A DNA stretch of 64,000 nucleotides, from assembly GCA_030390025.1 (NCBI GenBank), contig CM059432.1, positions 128,714,001 through 128,778,000 on the forward strand, read 5' to 3'. This stretch comes from Squalus acanthias. Its lineage: Eukaryota. Shown in pieces: positions 1 to 12,315 of this stretch (position 1 is the first letter of the stretch; each line of letters begins with the position of its first letter). The notes beneath the pieces were generated by a model. It did no database searches, had not been told where the DNA came from, and was given only the letters and a program-made list of their open reading frames with translations. Made by a program: the position numbers and the translations under genes.

Positions 1-351
1 CCTTAGATCACAAGCAAGGATAGACACTTTCAAAAGTATAAGGGAATTGTGACTTACCCTTGAGAATGATCTTAGCTTTGCCAATATAAAATTGTCCAGG
101 ATAATAAAGGCTAAAAAAGACCCAAAAATGTAACAACGCTCCTTGTTCTGCCTCCGAAACTCCACTCTCCACAAACTTCAACTCATTCAGAACTCCAGTG
201 TCGACATCCTAACCCATACTAAGTGCTGCTCACTCACCCATCACCCCAGTCTTCACCATACCCAAACCATTGAGTTCTTCTCACTCCATCTTACATCTCC
301 AACCTCACTGAGCCCTGTGTCCCAGATCACAGCCTCTGCTCTTCTGAATCC

Positions 352-1092
352 GGAGTCCTGATTTTAACCGGCAGGCAAGCCTAGGGCCGGAAGTGTGAGG
401 GTCAGGCTCGCCCAGCTCACCGACGTGTGTCGCAGGACATTTAACTCCAGGTCATCATTTAAATAAACTAGGCCCTATGTCAATGATGTGGCACTGGCAG
501 ATGAGAGCAGGCGAGTGTGGCCTGAGGCTGCTGCTGGGGACCCATTGGAATGGCCCGGATCAAAAGTAAGTCTAGGTGGGGGTTCCGGAGGGAGGAGGGG
601 GGCGGGGAGGGAGGAGGTCCGGGGCAGGTGAGGCCCTAGGTTTCTTTCTGGGCCTGCTCCTGCATGGTGCCAGGCTTCCGAGGTAAGGCCGGCACCAGAC
701 GCTGCGCATTAAAATCTAGTCAGGTTTTGTCATCACATCAGTGTGCTTGAACGAGCCTCATCTCACCGGCCCCAGGCTTGCCCCCCTGTTCAAATCGAGG
801 CTTCTAAATTCAGAAGAATGGAGGGTGTGGACTGGGACACAGGGCTCAATGAGGTTGGAGAGGTAAGATGGAGAGAGGCCATGGATGAATTTGTAAACAA
901 GGTGGAACTTTTGAATATTTACGAGTCCCTGGCCTGCTTGCGGTGAGGGCCTCACACACCTCACGAAACCCCAGAGTTAAAATTACGTCTGGCGAGAGAG
1001 TGGCACCAAGCCGGAGGGCAGGATGCTGCCTCTATTTTAACCCTCTGCTGGCCCTGTTCTCATCAGGTGCAGGGTGGATTAAAACGAGCCCT
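352..1092. mobile_element. Decayed GC-rich non-autonomous DNA transposon (MITE-like), probably nested pieces, containing a small L2 fragment (~805-915, minus)
   Basis: Imperfect terminal inverted ends (GTCCTGATTTTAACC ... GGATTAAAACGAGCCC). GC-rich interior resembles other MITEs in the window. Confidence 0.4.
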
Positions 1093-1135
1093 GGGATTTC
1101 TGTGCATCCCCTTCCAGCTACAACTCTCTCCACCA

Positions 1136-1387
1136 GGAGTGAAGTTAGGAAAAACTTCCACACGCAAAGGGTGGTTAAAGTTTGGGACTCTCTTTCGCAA
1201 ACGGCAGTTGATGCTAGGTCAATTGTTAATTTTAAATCTGCGATTGATAGATTTTTGTTAACCAAAGATATTAAGGGATATGGGGCAAAGGCAGGTATAT
1301 GGAGTTAGGTCACAGATCAGCCATGATCTCATTGAATGGCGGAACAGGCTCAAGGGGCTAAATGGCCTACTCCTGTCTCTATGTTCC
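1136..1387 (+). mobile_element. CR1 LINE 3' fragment
   Basis: Translates RSEVRKNFHTQRVVKVWDSL...IKGYG (CR1 ORF2 C-terminus), followed by the 3' UTR GATCAGCCATGATCTCATTGAATGGCGG and tail. Confidence 0.9.
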
Positions 1388-2603
1388 TTCAAAGTCCTCC
1401 TCAAATCCTACCTCTTTGACCCTGCCTTTTTTTGCCCTTTCTAATATTCCAATCCCACTTCCTGTCCATTATCACTCTTTGTAAAGCGCCTTGGGAGGTT
1501 CCACCACGTTAAAGCCAGTATACAGGTGTGAGTTGCTGTTGTTCACTTTGGCTTTATGCTAGTATCAAATTGAACCAGCCAACAAGCATATGCAAATCTC
1601 TGTGCTGTTGGCCAATGAATGGAGGAGAAGCAGCAATGGAACGCGGGTTCATAGAGCGTCGCTCTACAGTATACCTACAATATAACAGGGCCATTAAATT
1701 GCTCATCAGAAGATAATTTTTTTATGAATCACAATAATCGCTTGCAGCTCTTCAGGGTTTTGCGCCCTGTTGCTAAATGTCTCACAGCAAAGTGCTCACA
1801 TGCGAGGCTGTCATCACTCTTATTTTGGATGAGTCCAGAATCCAAAATCTAATTTTCAACCTGGGAAGCTGAAACACCCAGTCTTATTGCCTCCCCTTCA
1901 CATCGATTCTGTCACCAAGATAGATGCTTCCACTTCACAGATTGCCAAATGAAACCTTTGACCTCTTGTGATCTCTGCTGATCTCATCAAAAGCACCTCG
2001 GTTAACTTGGGCTGATAAAAATCCCATCATTCACTTGCATCTTTTTCATGTTAAGTGTTTTACAATCCATTTTCATTCTTTCCTTTTCTTTATTATTGGG
2101 ATAAGAAATAAGCCAGAACATTTTGACTTTAAGGTCAGGCTGAAAAGGACAGCAGTCCACAGCTTAATGGATGGCTGAAAAGGCACAAAGGTTCCAGCCA
2201 GGAGGGGAGACCTCAGCCTTGAGGTCACTGAGCTCAAAGGCAGGTCAGAGTAATCTGCTGTAATGAACTAAGGGTTTAAGACTTTCTCTGAATTGGATGA
2301 AAGCAGTCGACTGCTCCACAATTCCATTGGCTAAAGTTTTGCAGAGCCTGTTCCCACAGGCAAGAATGGTTTCTGAGGTAAATTGTTAAGTGCTAATTGA
2401 GAATAAAGCTGCATTAATTGGGTAAGTTTTCAAGTGGTTGCCGACAGCATTGTAATTGTAAATTAGAAAAAATATTCATATATTCTAGCTCAGTTTGCAG
2501 CTGTTTGTAAAAATCTATAAATTAAAAACTCTTTATTAACCTGTTGATAATGTATAAAAGCGAATCTTTTAAAGTTTCATGTTCAATCAAAGGTGTTGAG
2601 AAT

Positions 2604-3250
2604 GGTTGAAATATACCCACACGCAAAGACGTAGGAGACCCCTTATTGGGGTTAATGATGCGCTACCTTCGTCCGGTGTTAACGGGGCGGTAATGGGCTC
2701 AAAATGGGCTCAGTTGCCTTTCCGCTCTGTTAAAACCTGCGACGTGGGCGGTTCCATGTTGAAAGGGGCCTATCGTCGAAAGGTGTCCGAAGCGCCTCCC
2801 TGTTTCAGGCGTTAGGCCCCTTTTAATATGGATATCGGGGTCCTATGACATAAATAGGGTCTTCGATTGACATTTTAGGACAGACTTGGTTGGAGCCTGC
2901 GCAGTGCACACTCCAACCAGTTCCACGAGCGAAGGTACCAAAGAGGCCGGCCAAAGGTCCCACCGCTGGGGCCCAGAAAAGTAATCTGGGCCGGTACCGC
3001 CCCGGGATCCCCAACCATTGCGATCACGAACCCCCCCCAATACAACTTACCTTACTGGCGGCTGCCCCTGCCTGATCTTGATCTCGGCCTCAATCCGGTG
3101 AGCTGCATCGGGATGCCTGTTTAGCACCCCACAGCTCGCCTACTAAATTTAAATGAGGCTGGGGCCTCAAAATCGCGAGGTCCTCCACTGCCGGACCGAC
3201 CAATGCACTCTGCCGGTTGGCCCCCCAAAAGTCAAGATCGACCACCCCTT
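2604..3250 (-). mobile_element. Non-autonomous DNA transposon (MITE); same family as 14122-16000
   Basis: Its reverse complement aligns by eye with 14122-14537 plus 15870-16000 (e.g. GGTCCTATGACATAAATAGGGTCTTCGATTGACATTTTAG vs GGTCCTAGGATGCAAATAGGTCCCCCGATTGCCATTTTAG). Confidence 0.7.
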
Positions 3251-3524
3251 GAATGCAGACGCTACACCACGAGTGCTGCATTTTATAGCCATAGGCGTCA
3301 TTTGAGGCGTCAAACTGAGGGCAGCCATACCTTAATGTTCTTCCTCATCTGGTGCCATGACCTATGGATGCAGGAGACAGCTCTATCCGCCACCACCCCT
3401 TGTCATGCTTGGTGCCCTTTGGTTTAAACCCCAAATATGGAATGTCAGTAAGGAACACAAGTGAGGAGTTGGCAGTAGTGGAATAGGAATTAGATGAATG
3501 GAAGACTAGATACAGATGTTTGTT

Positions 3525-3680
3525 TGTTGCAGGAACCCACAGATTCTTACCTTACATGGAACTGCCTAGATTACAACAGTAAATTCACTTCAAAAGCATT
3601 AATTGGTTCTAAAGCATTTTGGGACGCCCTGAGGTTGTGAAAGGCGCTACATAAATGCAAGTCCTTTCTTTCTTTCTCTG
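3525..3680 (+). mobile_element. SINE 3' part with L2-like tail
   Basis: TTGGGACGCCCTGAGGTTGTGAAAGGCGCTACATAAATGCAAGTC(TTTC)n matches the 3' end of the SINEs at 26185, 45509 and 47138. Confidence 0.7.
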
Positions 3681-3949
3681 TAGAGAGAAGCTCATTAATG
3701 AGCAAAGGTCCCTTATGCAGTATTCAGGGACTTTGGAGAAGTTCTGCTCTGACATTTGTGCAGAAATGCAAAATAGTTTGGGAAACTTACCGTCCACTAC
3801 AGAGCGAGTAGCAATTCCATGGCTATCTGCAAGAGAGTCCCTGAGAAAATAGGTTACGAGCCCAGACACTGCTTCCTCCATGGATTGTTTCCACGGGTTG
3901 GTGAGAGGGTACTGAGCGGGCACAAATTTAAGAGAAATCACAGAATGAA

Positions 3950-4185
3950 TTAATGGGGAGGCTAGAAAAAAATGTCAGAGGGTAGCTAGAATGTGGAACT
4001 CTGCCACAAACCATTGCTGAAGCTGCGTCCATAAATTCTTAGGTAGTTCGCTGAAAAAATATCAAAGCGCATGGAGACGGAGCAAGGCGAGGGGGGTTAG
4101 ACTGGGTGCCTTATGTGGAGAAAGACACCAGCTCAGATTTAATGAGCTAAATGGCTTGTTTCTGTGCTGTAACATTCTATGATTT
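3950..4185 (+). mobile_element. Degenerate CR1 3' fragment
   Basis: CAGAGGGTAGCTAGAATGTGGAACTC (the QRVV.MWNS motif) and a CR1-type 3' end ending TTCTATGATT. Confidence 0.55.
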
Positions 4186-4503
4186 TAATTCGTTTCCCTT
4201 CTCCTGGGGATATTACCAGAGTTCTGTATTTTCTTTAAAGGCAGCTTCTTAAAAATATTGGTTTTGCAGAGCTGAAATTTCCGTACCATTTTTTATTCAT
4301 CTCCCCCATAACATGCACAGGTAACAAGCTCAGACGGCCTTTTCTATCTGACTCCTGTCACGTGAAGATGGACAGAAACTGGCTGCGGTGCCTGGCCTAT
4401 GTATTTTCACTCTCTCTCTATGGAGAAGTGCATGTCACCTATAGGGTAACTTCTGGTGTCTAGCAAGTCCACTGGCATAAATAAAAGAAGTGTCTGCACT
4501 AAA

Positions 4504-5000
4504 AACAACAACAACAGCTTTCATTTATATAGCGCCTTTAACATAGTAAAACGTCCCAAGGCGCTTCACAGAAGCGTTATTAAGCAAAATTTGACACTGA
4601 GCCACATTAGAAGATAAGTTCAAAGGTGATCAAAAGCTTGGTCAAAGATTTTAAGGGGCGTCTTGAAGGAGATAGAGAGGCGGAAAGGTTTTGGGAGGGA
4701 ATTCCAGAGATTAGGGGCTAGGCAGCTGAAGGCACGGCCGGCAACGGTGGAGCGATGGAAATCAGGGATGCGCAAGAGGCCAGAGTTCAAGGAGCGCAGA
4801 GATCTCGGAGGGTTGTAGGGCTGAAGGAGGTTACAGAGATAGGGAGGAATGAGGTCTTGGAAGGATTTGAAAACAAGGATGAAAATTTCAAAATTGAGGC
4901 GCTGCCGGACCGGGAGCCAATGTAGGTCAGCGAGCACAGGGGTGATGGGTGAACGGGACTTGGTGCGAGTTAGGACACGGACAGCAGAGTTTTGGATGAG
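4504..5000 (-). mobile_element. L2 LINE 3' fragment
   Basis: ORF LADLHWLPVRQRLNFEIF...GRAFSCLAPNLWNSLP; (AAC)n tail at 4504. Confidence 0.9.
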
Positions 5001-6761
5001 AGTCAGTCGTTCAGCTCCGAATGTAAGCCAGGACTCCTCATTTTGCTTTCTATATTTGCTGGGCCATGGTACTGTCAGGGCAGTTCAAAGGTTGAATTTG
5101 TTTTTACCTCCGATGTAATCGGTTGTTAGTTGCCACTGAATCAATGAGAAAAAAGGAGCTCAGCATTGTTTCCTAATATGTAATTGGTTCTGTGATTCTA
5201 CTATGTAAAACATCTTGCAATGCCTCCAGTTTCCTAAACCTGTCAGCATCAGCAACACCTCAGTGGTAACTTGCCGCTTCTTCTCGGGGCTTCTACCTCG
5301 CAGTTCTCATGTCTTTTGTTCTGCTTTAGGACTTTACCCTTGCTTACTACTTACTGCCTCCCTGCCGAGGAACCTGTCCTCCCATTCTGTCTCAGAACTT
5401 CTCAACCCCACGTAATAGCAAATAATATTACAGATATTACACAGGTAAACTTCTGTCTTCAGTCAGGTAAAGTATTAGCCAGGGAAGAGAGTTTCTGGAA
5501 GTGTATGTCGGAAGCACGGTTTGTCAGTGTTAAAATAATTGGAATTGAACTCAAATCTGTAAGAGCATTCAACTGCTATAAGTCATCGAGAATTAGTGAG
5601 CAAAATTGTAGTGTACTAATGTGAAGCTTTAGATAAAAGCCTTGATTGTGTTGCAAGAGTATTTAATCACTTGCAGTTGAGATTCAGGTCGATAACATCA
5701 GTGTGCCAAATAACTTGCAGATCTTACATTGTTAATGTCTGTTATTTCTCAGTTGTTGCCAGTCACTATGCAACTCTTTACTGTAAATGTGAAACCAACT
5801 ACTCACTTCCCTCTGATCTGCGATCAATGCAAAATGCCTGTTGCAACTCTATTAAAAGTAAAATCTGAACGGGGATGTGGCAGGGCACAGCTCAGGGATG
5901 CATTAGGAAGTGAACTAGGCTGAGTGAATCTTTCGGTGAAACTTGTGCCTGGATTCTACATGTTAAGGCGGATCTTTGCCTCTTTGGGGACCAATAATGA
6001 GGCTGCACCAAGAATGCAGCAAATTGTTCACTGGCAGCAACTGTACCCCAGCTGAGGTGACCTCACCCGATATTTATTTAAATATTTTTGTGGCACTCCC
6101 AGCACTGAGTGGATAGCGCTGGTAGTGTCAAATGGGTCATGGGGCCATGATGTCAGGCACTAACTTCTATAAAAGGGCTTCTGGCTGCTCTAAAAATGCC
6201 ACCACCATAAAAAAAAACCATAGGATACAAAGACCTCTTTGAAAAATTGGTTGTTGGAAGCCAAGCAAACGAAAAGACATAAACGCTGGATGGTCATATT
6301 GCAAGGAGAATGTCACACAGGGGAAAAAAGTGTAATTTATACATCTGACCAGCGCTTCAGTGCCTGTTACGGACGACTTCTTATTTAAAATACACCTCAT
6401 GAACTTAATGAACCTTGTGTCCTTTTGGGTGCACTGGGTGGTTCCAGCCTGTGTTTATAATGTGCTAAATGCACTGGGTGTGGATTAGATCTCAGGCCTC
6501 CACGCCCGATAATACAGGGCCCTGGGCACTTTGGGTGGCAAACATCTCATTATTGGCTTCTTTTTATTGTTACAGCATGATTAGATACAAAATAAAGTTC
6601 CTTCGACTCTGGCCCAACAATGTGCCCTGCCCCAAACACAGAGGGGCACCCCATTTTCCCATTTCCCACACCAGTCGTCCTGCGGTCTCTAGCTTCCCAT
6701 TTAATGCCAAAAATGAGACGTCGCACAACACCAGGTTATAGTCCAACAGCTTTATTTGAAA

Positions 6762-6798
6762 TCACAAGCTTTCGGAGCGCTGCTCCTTCGTCAGGTGA
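6762..6798 (-). ncRNA. Minimal type I hammerhead ribozyme motif (antisense copy)
   Basis: Exact reverse complement of 6801-6837. Confidence 0.75.
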
Positions 6799-6800
6799 CT

Positions 6801-6837
6801 TCACCTGACGAAGGAGCAGCGCTCCGAAAGCTTGTGA
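6801..6837 (+). ncRNA. Minimal type I hammerhead ribozyme motif
   Basis: ucac-CUGACGA-a-ggagc(agc)gcucc-GAAA-gc-UU-guga: catalytic core, 5-bp stem II, 4-bp stem I, palindromic AAGCUU stem III. Predicted cleavage after 6833. Confidence 0.75.
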
Positions 6838-8154
6838 TTTCAAATAAAGCTGTTGGACTATAACCTGGTGTTGTGCGACGTCTCACTTTTGTCCACCCCA
6901 GTCCAACACCGGCATCTCCGCATCACATTTAATGCCAGTTTAGAGTAGGCCCACGGCAAGTAGCAACTGAATTGAGACTTCCCAGACTCACTTCATACAA
7001 GACCCCTACAGCCGTCAGAGTGAGGAGAATTTCTCGTCATCAATTTGGGCTGGATTTGAACTCAGGTCACAGAGGTGCAAGGCTGATGTTTCACACACTG
7101 CACCGTGTTAAAACAGATTCCTGAAACTTCAAAGGCAATTTTGCCAATTTTTTTAAAGCTATAACTTACCATTGGCAATATTGCTGGGTGAGTACTTAAT
7201 GCAGTTATACAACATTCCTCTGTCTGCTCGAGTCTCACGGTGTTCAATTTATTGCAGGCGCAGCAAACAATTAAGGATACAGCAGCTGAGGATGTACAAG
7301 GGAAATAAATATTGGAAAAGACCCGATGGACATTGCTCTGCACTTATTGATTAAGAACTAAAACAGACTCAGCAGCAGACTCCTAGGGGTTTACCAGATG
7401 AATTGCCTCAACTCTAGTGTATGCTCAACTATGCCCAATGTACTTTCCCTGCAAGCACTCAACGATTAAAATGTACAACGGGACACATTTTATGATTTAG
7501 CGATCCTGGAGCAGAATTTGCTCCTTGAGAGTGCGCATTGGGTACGGGTGTCAGCACGCTTAATTTGTGGTCTGCACCGCTTTCTGCCCATTCATTGTAG
7601 CACGTAGAGAATTGTCGGTGGGTGGGTGGGAGGGTGGTGGCGAGCACAGAGCAGCCCCAAATTTCTGGTGTGTGATCCTGGGGAGTGAAGCTTTGAGCCA
7701 AGAGTGTGAATTTCCAAAATGATCTCCCCAAAAATCTATGAATACAGCAGGTATCACTTGAGCAGTGTACTAACACTTCAAATAGGGTTATATTTGATAC
7801 TCGTGAGAGAAGATTTAACTTTTGACGCACTTGATTTAACAGGTTAAAATCCGAGCAGAAACACTTTCTGTAGGTGTCTGTACCACCTTTTGGATCAGGC
7901 CTGTTCAGTTTAATACTTCTGGGTTGGTGCGTGGTACCAGGAACAAACATATCACCGTGTCGGTAAGAAATACCTTCCTTTGCTGTCTTAAAATAAAATG
8001 GCAGACGAAGGAATTTCATAGCAACTGATATTTTACCATGCAATTTTAACCCATTTGTGATGTAAGTGGTAGTTCAGCAGCAAGGAAACCTGCCATTGTC
8101 TTTCCACAATTGGGTTCTCCCCCTCCCAAGATAGCTTCCCTAAAGCTGTTCCTT

Positions 8155-8460
8155 TAACAACAAAATGCGCTTATATAGTGTGTTTAATGTAGAAAACGTC
8201 CCGAGCAGCTCTACAGAGATGACAGGAAAAATAATAAGGGATAAATGAACAGCCATGGTGGGAGAGATGACCAAAAGGCTTGGCTGAAAAGAACAGCTGT
8301 TAAGAAGGCTTTTAATGGTTGAGAGAAATAGGGAGGTGGAACGGTTTAGAGTGTGTTTCAGGAGAATAGGGATGAGGCAGGGTGAAGGCTAGTGGGCCGA
8401 GGGAAGGGAAACGCAGAAAAAGCCAGAGTTGGAGGACCAGAGGGTGGGGGAGGGGATTTA
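8155..8460 (-). mobile_element. Degenerate L2 3' fragment
   Basis: AACAACAAAATGCGCTTATATAGTGTGTTTAATGTAGAAAACGTCCC and ATGACCAAAAGGCTTGG resemble the reverse-complemented L2 3' end. Confidence 0.6.
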
Positions 8461-8896
8461 AGGCTCCTTCTTAAGGAAATTCACAGTGGCAATAATAGAC
8501 ACTTACCAATAAAAACTGAATTGTGCCCACGATAAAGAACAGTAACATTAAAATGGCTATAACTTATTCACAACAGTTGTAGAAATTGCTCTGAGCTATT
8601 TTTAATTCATTGGTCAAAGTGTTGCGTGAAATTCCTGCATGTGCTAATTGAATAAAGTTGTTAAGTAAAAAGGGGTTCGTGTTTTTGTTAAATTTGTGAA
8701 CTTCTGCCCCATAATCATTCTTGCTTGCTTCACAATTTTTTTAAGGGCATTCTGTGCTTGGCTAAACTAGTGATAAACAGGAGATCACATATATCATTAT
8801 ATCACATACACAGGAACAATTCGTACAGCAGCCCACGCCCTGCATTAACTAATCACTTTCCCTTGTCTTTTATCCTGCAGTGCATATGATTGCAAA

Positions 8897-9268
8897 CATA
8901 AGAACAGAAGAAATAGGAGCAGGAGTGGGCCACATGGCCCCTCGAGCCTGCTCCGCCATTCAATAAGGTCATGGCTGATCTTCCACTTTCCCACCCTATC
9001 CCCATATCCCTTGATTCCCCTCGAGTCCAAAAATCTATCAATCTGAGGCTTGAATATACTCAATGCCTCAGCATCCACAGCCCTTTGGGGTAAAGAATTC
9101 CAAAGGTTCACCACCCTCTGAGTGAAGAAATTCCTCCTCATCTCAGTCCTAAATGACCGACTCCTTCTCCTGAGACTATGCCCCCTAGTTCTAGACTCTC
9201 CAGCCAGGGGAAACAACCTCTCAGCATCTACCCTGCGAATCCCTGTCAGAATCTTATATGTTTCAATC
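8897..9268 (-). mobile_element. CR1 LINE 3' fragment
   Basis: LIETYKILTG...RTRGHSL...FFTQRVVNLWNSLP...IKGYG; tail ACATAAGAAC. Confidence 0.92.
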
Positions 9269-10702
9269 AACTTGAAGATGGCTGAAGAACCTACTAATGT
9301 CATGGTGAACGGCAGAGGGCTGCTAGTTTCCCTGCCTCTTAGAACTCCATGGCCTCATTTGAAAATAGTGGAGCCAAGTTCTCACTCTTCCCTGTGGCTC
9401 AGTGCTTTTGATAATTTGAACTGGGGTTCAAGTTCAATGGAATTGAGGCCAGGTTGAGTTCAGCCAAACAGAAAGTCAGAATCTGAGGACTGTCTCACTC
9501 CTAAAGGTGGAAGAAACTGTTCAGGTCTCGTAGTGACAAATCGAAGGGATTTGTGACGGCGGTAGCACTGGTCTAAGTCCTTGTAACTTGGCGTTTATGG
9601 GTGTAAGGGTTAAGCCAATGTTATTTGGTCAGTGATTCAGCACAGTACCCTGATTTCATATACTGTTCCCACATATCCTTCCCTCCCACCCCCCCACCCC
9701 TTCAGTCTGTCTTTCGCCAGCAGCACTATCCCATGTGGAGCTGTAATGATACACCATTCATTAGACGTGTGTTGAGGGGCCTGCTGTAGAATTCTCCCTT
9801 TCTTCAAGGCTAATCTCACCCTGAGCTTTTGATTTGTGCTGCATTCTTAAGGGATTACTGGTTTTCAGTTTCCAAGAAGAGAAAAAAAAATGAATATGGA
9901 GCTCTTACACTGCACCGGAGAAGCCTTTTCTGAAAAGACTATACTCACATTATATGGAATTTTAAAAAGAAAACCTTATTGCATTTCTTTGATATTATTA
10001 TAATCTCAGAACCTCATAGTGCCCACTTGTTCTACTCTGCTCCTTGATGCCGTTTATAATCCACCTCCTCTATGGCATGTCCTTGGTAATTGCACACTAT
10101 GAGTGAGAGAGATATATAATAATGAAATTACCAGAGAATGAAGGAAAGATCCTTTTGAAATATGATCTTTATGCATCACAGATGATGCTGAACACGGGAA
10201 GCATTTTGCCTAAGTTTTATGATGGAAATAGTAATAGAAAAGGTTTGGTGTGGACTCTTTTTTTGTAGGTAAATAGGTTGTGCCATGTCATGTCATGGGG
10301 CTGTCTTTTAGACCTCAGTTTTAAAATGATATACTTTGAATATATTTACTTAGCAGATTTTTTTTCTTCTAATTTGCAGATATTTTAAGTTCAAACATTG
10401 CTGACCTGCTCCTTAAGTGCTTGCAGATTCTAGACTTGTTGTCAATCACGGCGACACTCACTTCCATTTGACTGTGGACCAGCTAACGGGAAAACAACCA
10501 ACTCATGTAATTGGGTGTATCTGTACTGGATGTCAGCTATGATAGACAGCGAGTCGATTAACCAACAAATCTGGGCAAACAGAACAGCTGAACTTTGAAC
10601 ATGTGGGAAATCGGGAGCAAAAAATAAAGCGTTTATTAAGAGGATACATTCAAATCCCAGTTTTTGAGTAAATGGGTGATGCAGTCCTAACCAAAATGGA
10701 TA

Positions 10703-11430
10703 ACAACAACAACTTGCATTTATATAGTGCGTTTAACGTAGAAAAACGTCCCAAGGTGCTTCATGGGAGCATTATCAAAACAAAATAGGATGTATTAGGA
10801 CAGATGACCAAAAGCTTGGCCAAAGAGGTAGATTTTAAGGAGCATCTGAAAAGAAGAGGAACATAGGAACAGGAGGAGGCCATTCAGCCCCTCAAGCCTG
10901 TAACGCCATTCAATGAGATCATGGCTGATCTGTATCTTTGCGTGAAGAAATGTTTCTTAACTTTTCTCCAGAATGGACTGGCTCTGTTTTTAAGGTTTTG
11001 TCCCCTTGTCCTAGACTCCCCCAGCAGCAGAAAAAGTTTATCTCCATCTACCCTTTAAATTCCTTTCAAAATCCTAAAAACCTCAATCAAATCACCCCTT
11101 AACCTTCTATATTCCAAGGAATACAAGCCTAGTTTATGCAATCTCTCCTCATAATCTAACCCTTGGGGTCCTGGGAACATTTTTGTGAATCTGGAGCGAG
11201 AGGTAGAGAGGAGGAGAGGTTTAAGGAGGGAATTCCAGAGCTTAGGGCCTAGGCAGCTGAAGGCACGGTTGCCAATGGTGGAGCGATGAAAACCGGGGAT
11301 GCGCAAGAGGCCAGAATTGGAAGAGCGCAGAGATCGTGGAGGGTTGTAGGGCTGGAGAGTGTTACAGAGATAGATAGGGAGGGGCGAGGCTATGGAGGGA
11401 TTTGAAAACAAGGATGAGAATTTTAAATGG
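10703..11430 (-). mobile_element. L2 3' fragment interrupted by CR1
   Basis: (AAC)n tail at 10703; LQPYNPPRSLRSSNSGLL...RAFSCLGPKLWNSL resumes after the CR1. Confidence 0.85.
10861..11192 (-). mobile_element. CR1 3' fragment (internally deleted) nested in L2
   Basis: RFTKMFPG...YEERLHKLGLYSLEYRRLRGDLIEVF; tail ACATAGGAAC. Confidence 0.85.
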
Positions 11431-11649
11431 TTGCAAAGATTAGGATGCCTGACCTCATTATATGTAAAAGCAAAGGCATGTTATGAAATACCTGTGACTG
11501 AAAAATGGTTATCAGCTCCTGGTCACAGTTATAGAATATTTTATAACATGGTTTTATTTTACATGGCTGACTCAATAAACATTACAGTGTAGCCATACTG
11601 CAGAGGATGTGTGAAACAGTCACATGACTGGGGATGAGAATGTGCTGAA

Positions 11650-11792
11650 GGGTGTTTGTAAAGCTAAGCCAGGCCACTTCAGCGCCTCTCTTGAAATGAA
11701 GCCAATGGAATAAAAATTGAGAGAGACGTAAAACGGGTTGCCGATTCACTGGCATGCGGTTTACACTATTGCACAAACTCAAAATGACACCC
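11650..11792. mobile_element. Decayed short hairpin-type MITE
   Basis: Ends GGGTGTTTG / AATGACACCC; imperfect fold-back around a central CAATGGAA, like 30715-30906. Confidence 0.4.
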
Positions 11793-12315
11793 AACGTAAT
11801 CAGGGAACATGGATTAATACCTCCTCGCACACCAGTTTGGCAATTCAGGTGGATGCTCAGGTTCACAGTGCCAGGGTTTAGACTGAGCCAGTCTTCACTC
11901 TCCCCTCCAGACCAATCAGCTTTCCTACTCTGTAACTAGATCACCAGGGAGGGCCTCTTCCTACTCTGTTCACCAATTCCTGATTGCCTTATTAATTAGT
12001 CTCTCAAATAAAAATGGGGCAATTTTCTTGGGTAGTTACACCAGTAAAGCAATGTAATTTGTGAGGGGGCGGGTGGTGAGGTAGGAAAATCGCAGGGAGC
12101 TATTCCGCTGTTTCCTTGCCATCCGACACTATTTGTGGGGTTTTCAACTGGAAGTGATGGCTGTATACAGTCTATTACATTTAACTCCAAGTCACTTAAA
12201 TTTTAATTGTCAGTTGATTGGATTTTTTTTAATGCATATAATGTTTTGTTTACATTGGCTAATTTGAATTGCTAGACAATTCAAACTTGTTTTTTTAACG
12301 GCAAAAAATGACTTT

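Larger units (their letters stand above)
145..1542 (+). mobile_element. Old L2-clade LINE 3' fragment, interrupted by a MITE-like insert (~352-1092) and a CR1 piece (1136-1387)
   Basis: ORF piece HKLQLIQNS matches the L2 C-terminal motif seen in better copies here (LHKLQLIQNSAA in ORF 54143-54553). The L2 3' end AAGCGCCTTGGGA..ACGTTAAAG..GTTGCTGTTG is at ~1483-1542. Confidence 0.6.
6710..6925 (+). mobile_element. Penelope-like element remnant: inverted pseudo-LTR pair (85-bp perfect palindrome) plus ~40-bp tail, 12-bp TSD
   Basis: Arms 6714-6798 and 6801-6885 are exact reverse complements around a CT spacer. Tail is TTTTGTCCACCCCAGTCCAACACCGGCATCTCCGCATCA. TSD CATTTAATGCCA at 6698-6709 and 6926-6937. 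Confidence 0.8.

Noticed and set aside
6714..6885. Pre-miRNA or DNA-transposon MITE interpretation of the palindrome
   Set aside because: The one-sided tail, variable-length TSDs (12, 14, 6 bp) and hammerhead cores fit a Penelope-like retroelement better.
7459..8043. 194-aa minus-strand ORF
   Set aside because: No recognisable domain; it runs across a decayed MITE-like segment and has a non-ATG start; likely chance.
9909..9929. 21-nt minus-strand microexon-like segment (TTTTCAG|AAAAGGCTTCTCCGGTGCAGT|GTAAGA)
   Set aside because: Competing AGs just upstream, no nearby UGC motif typical of neural microexons, and the peptide could not be assigned to a gene.
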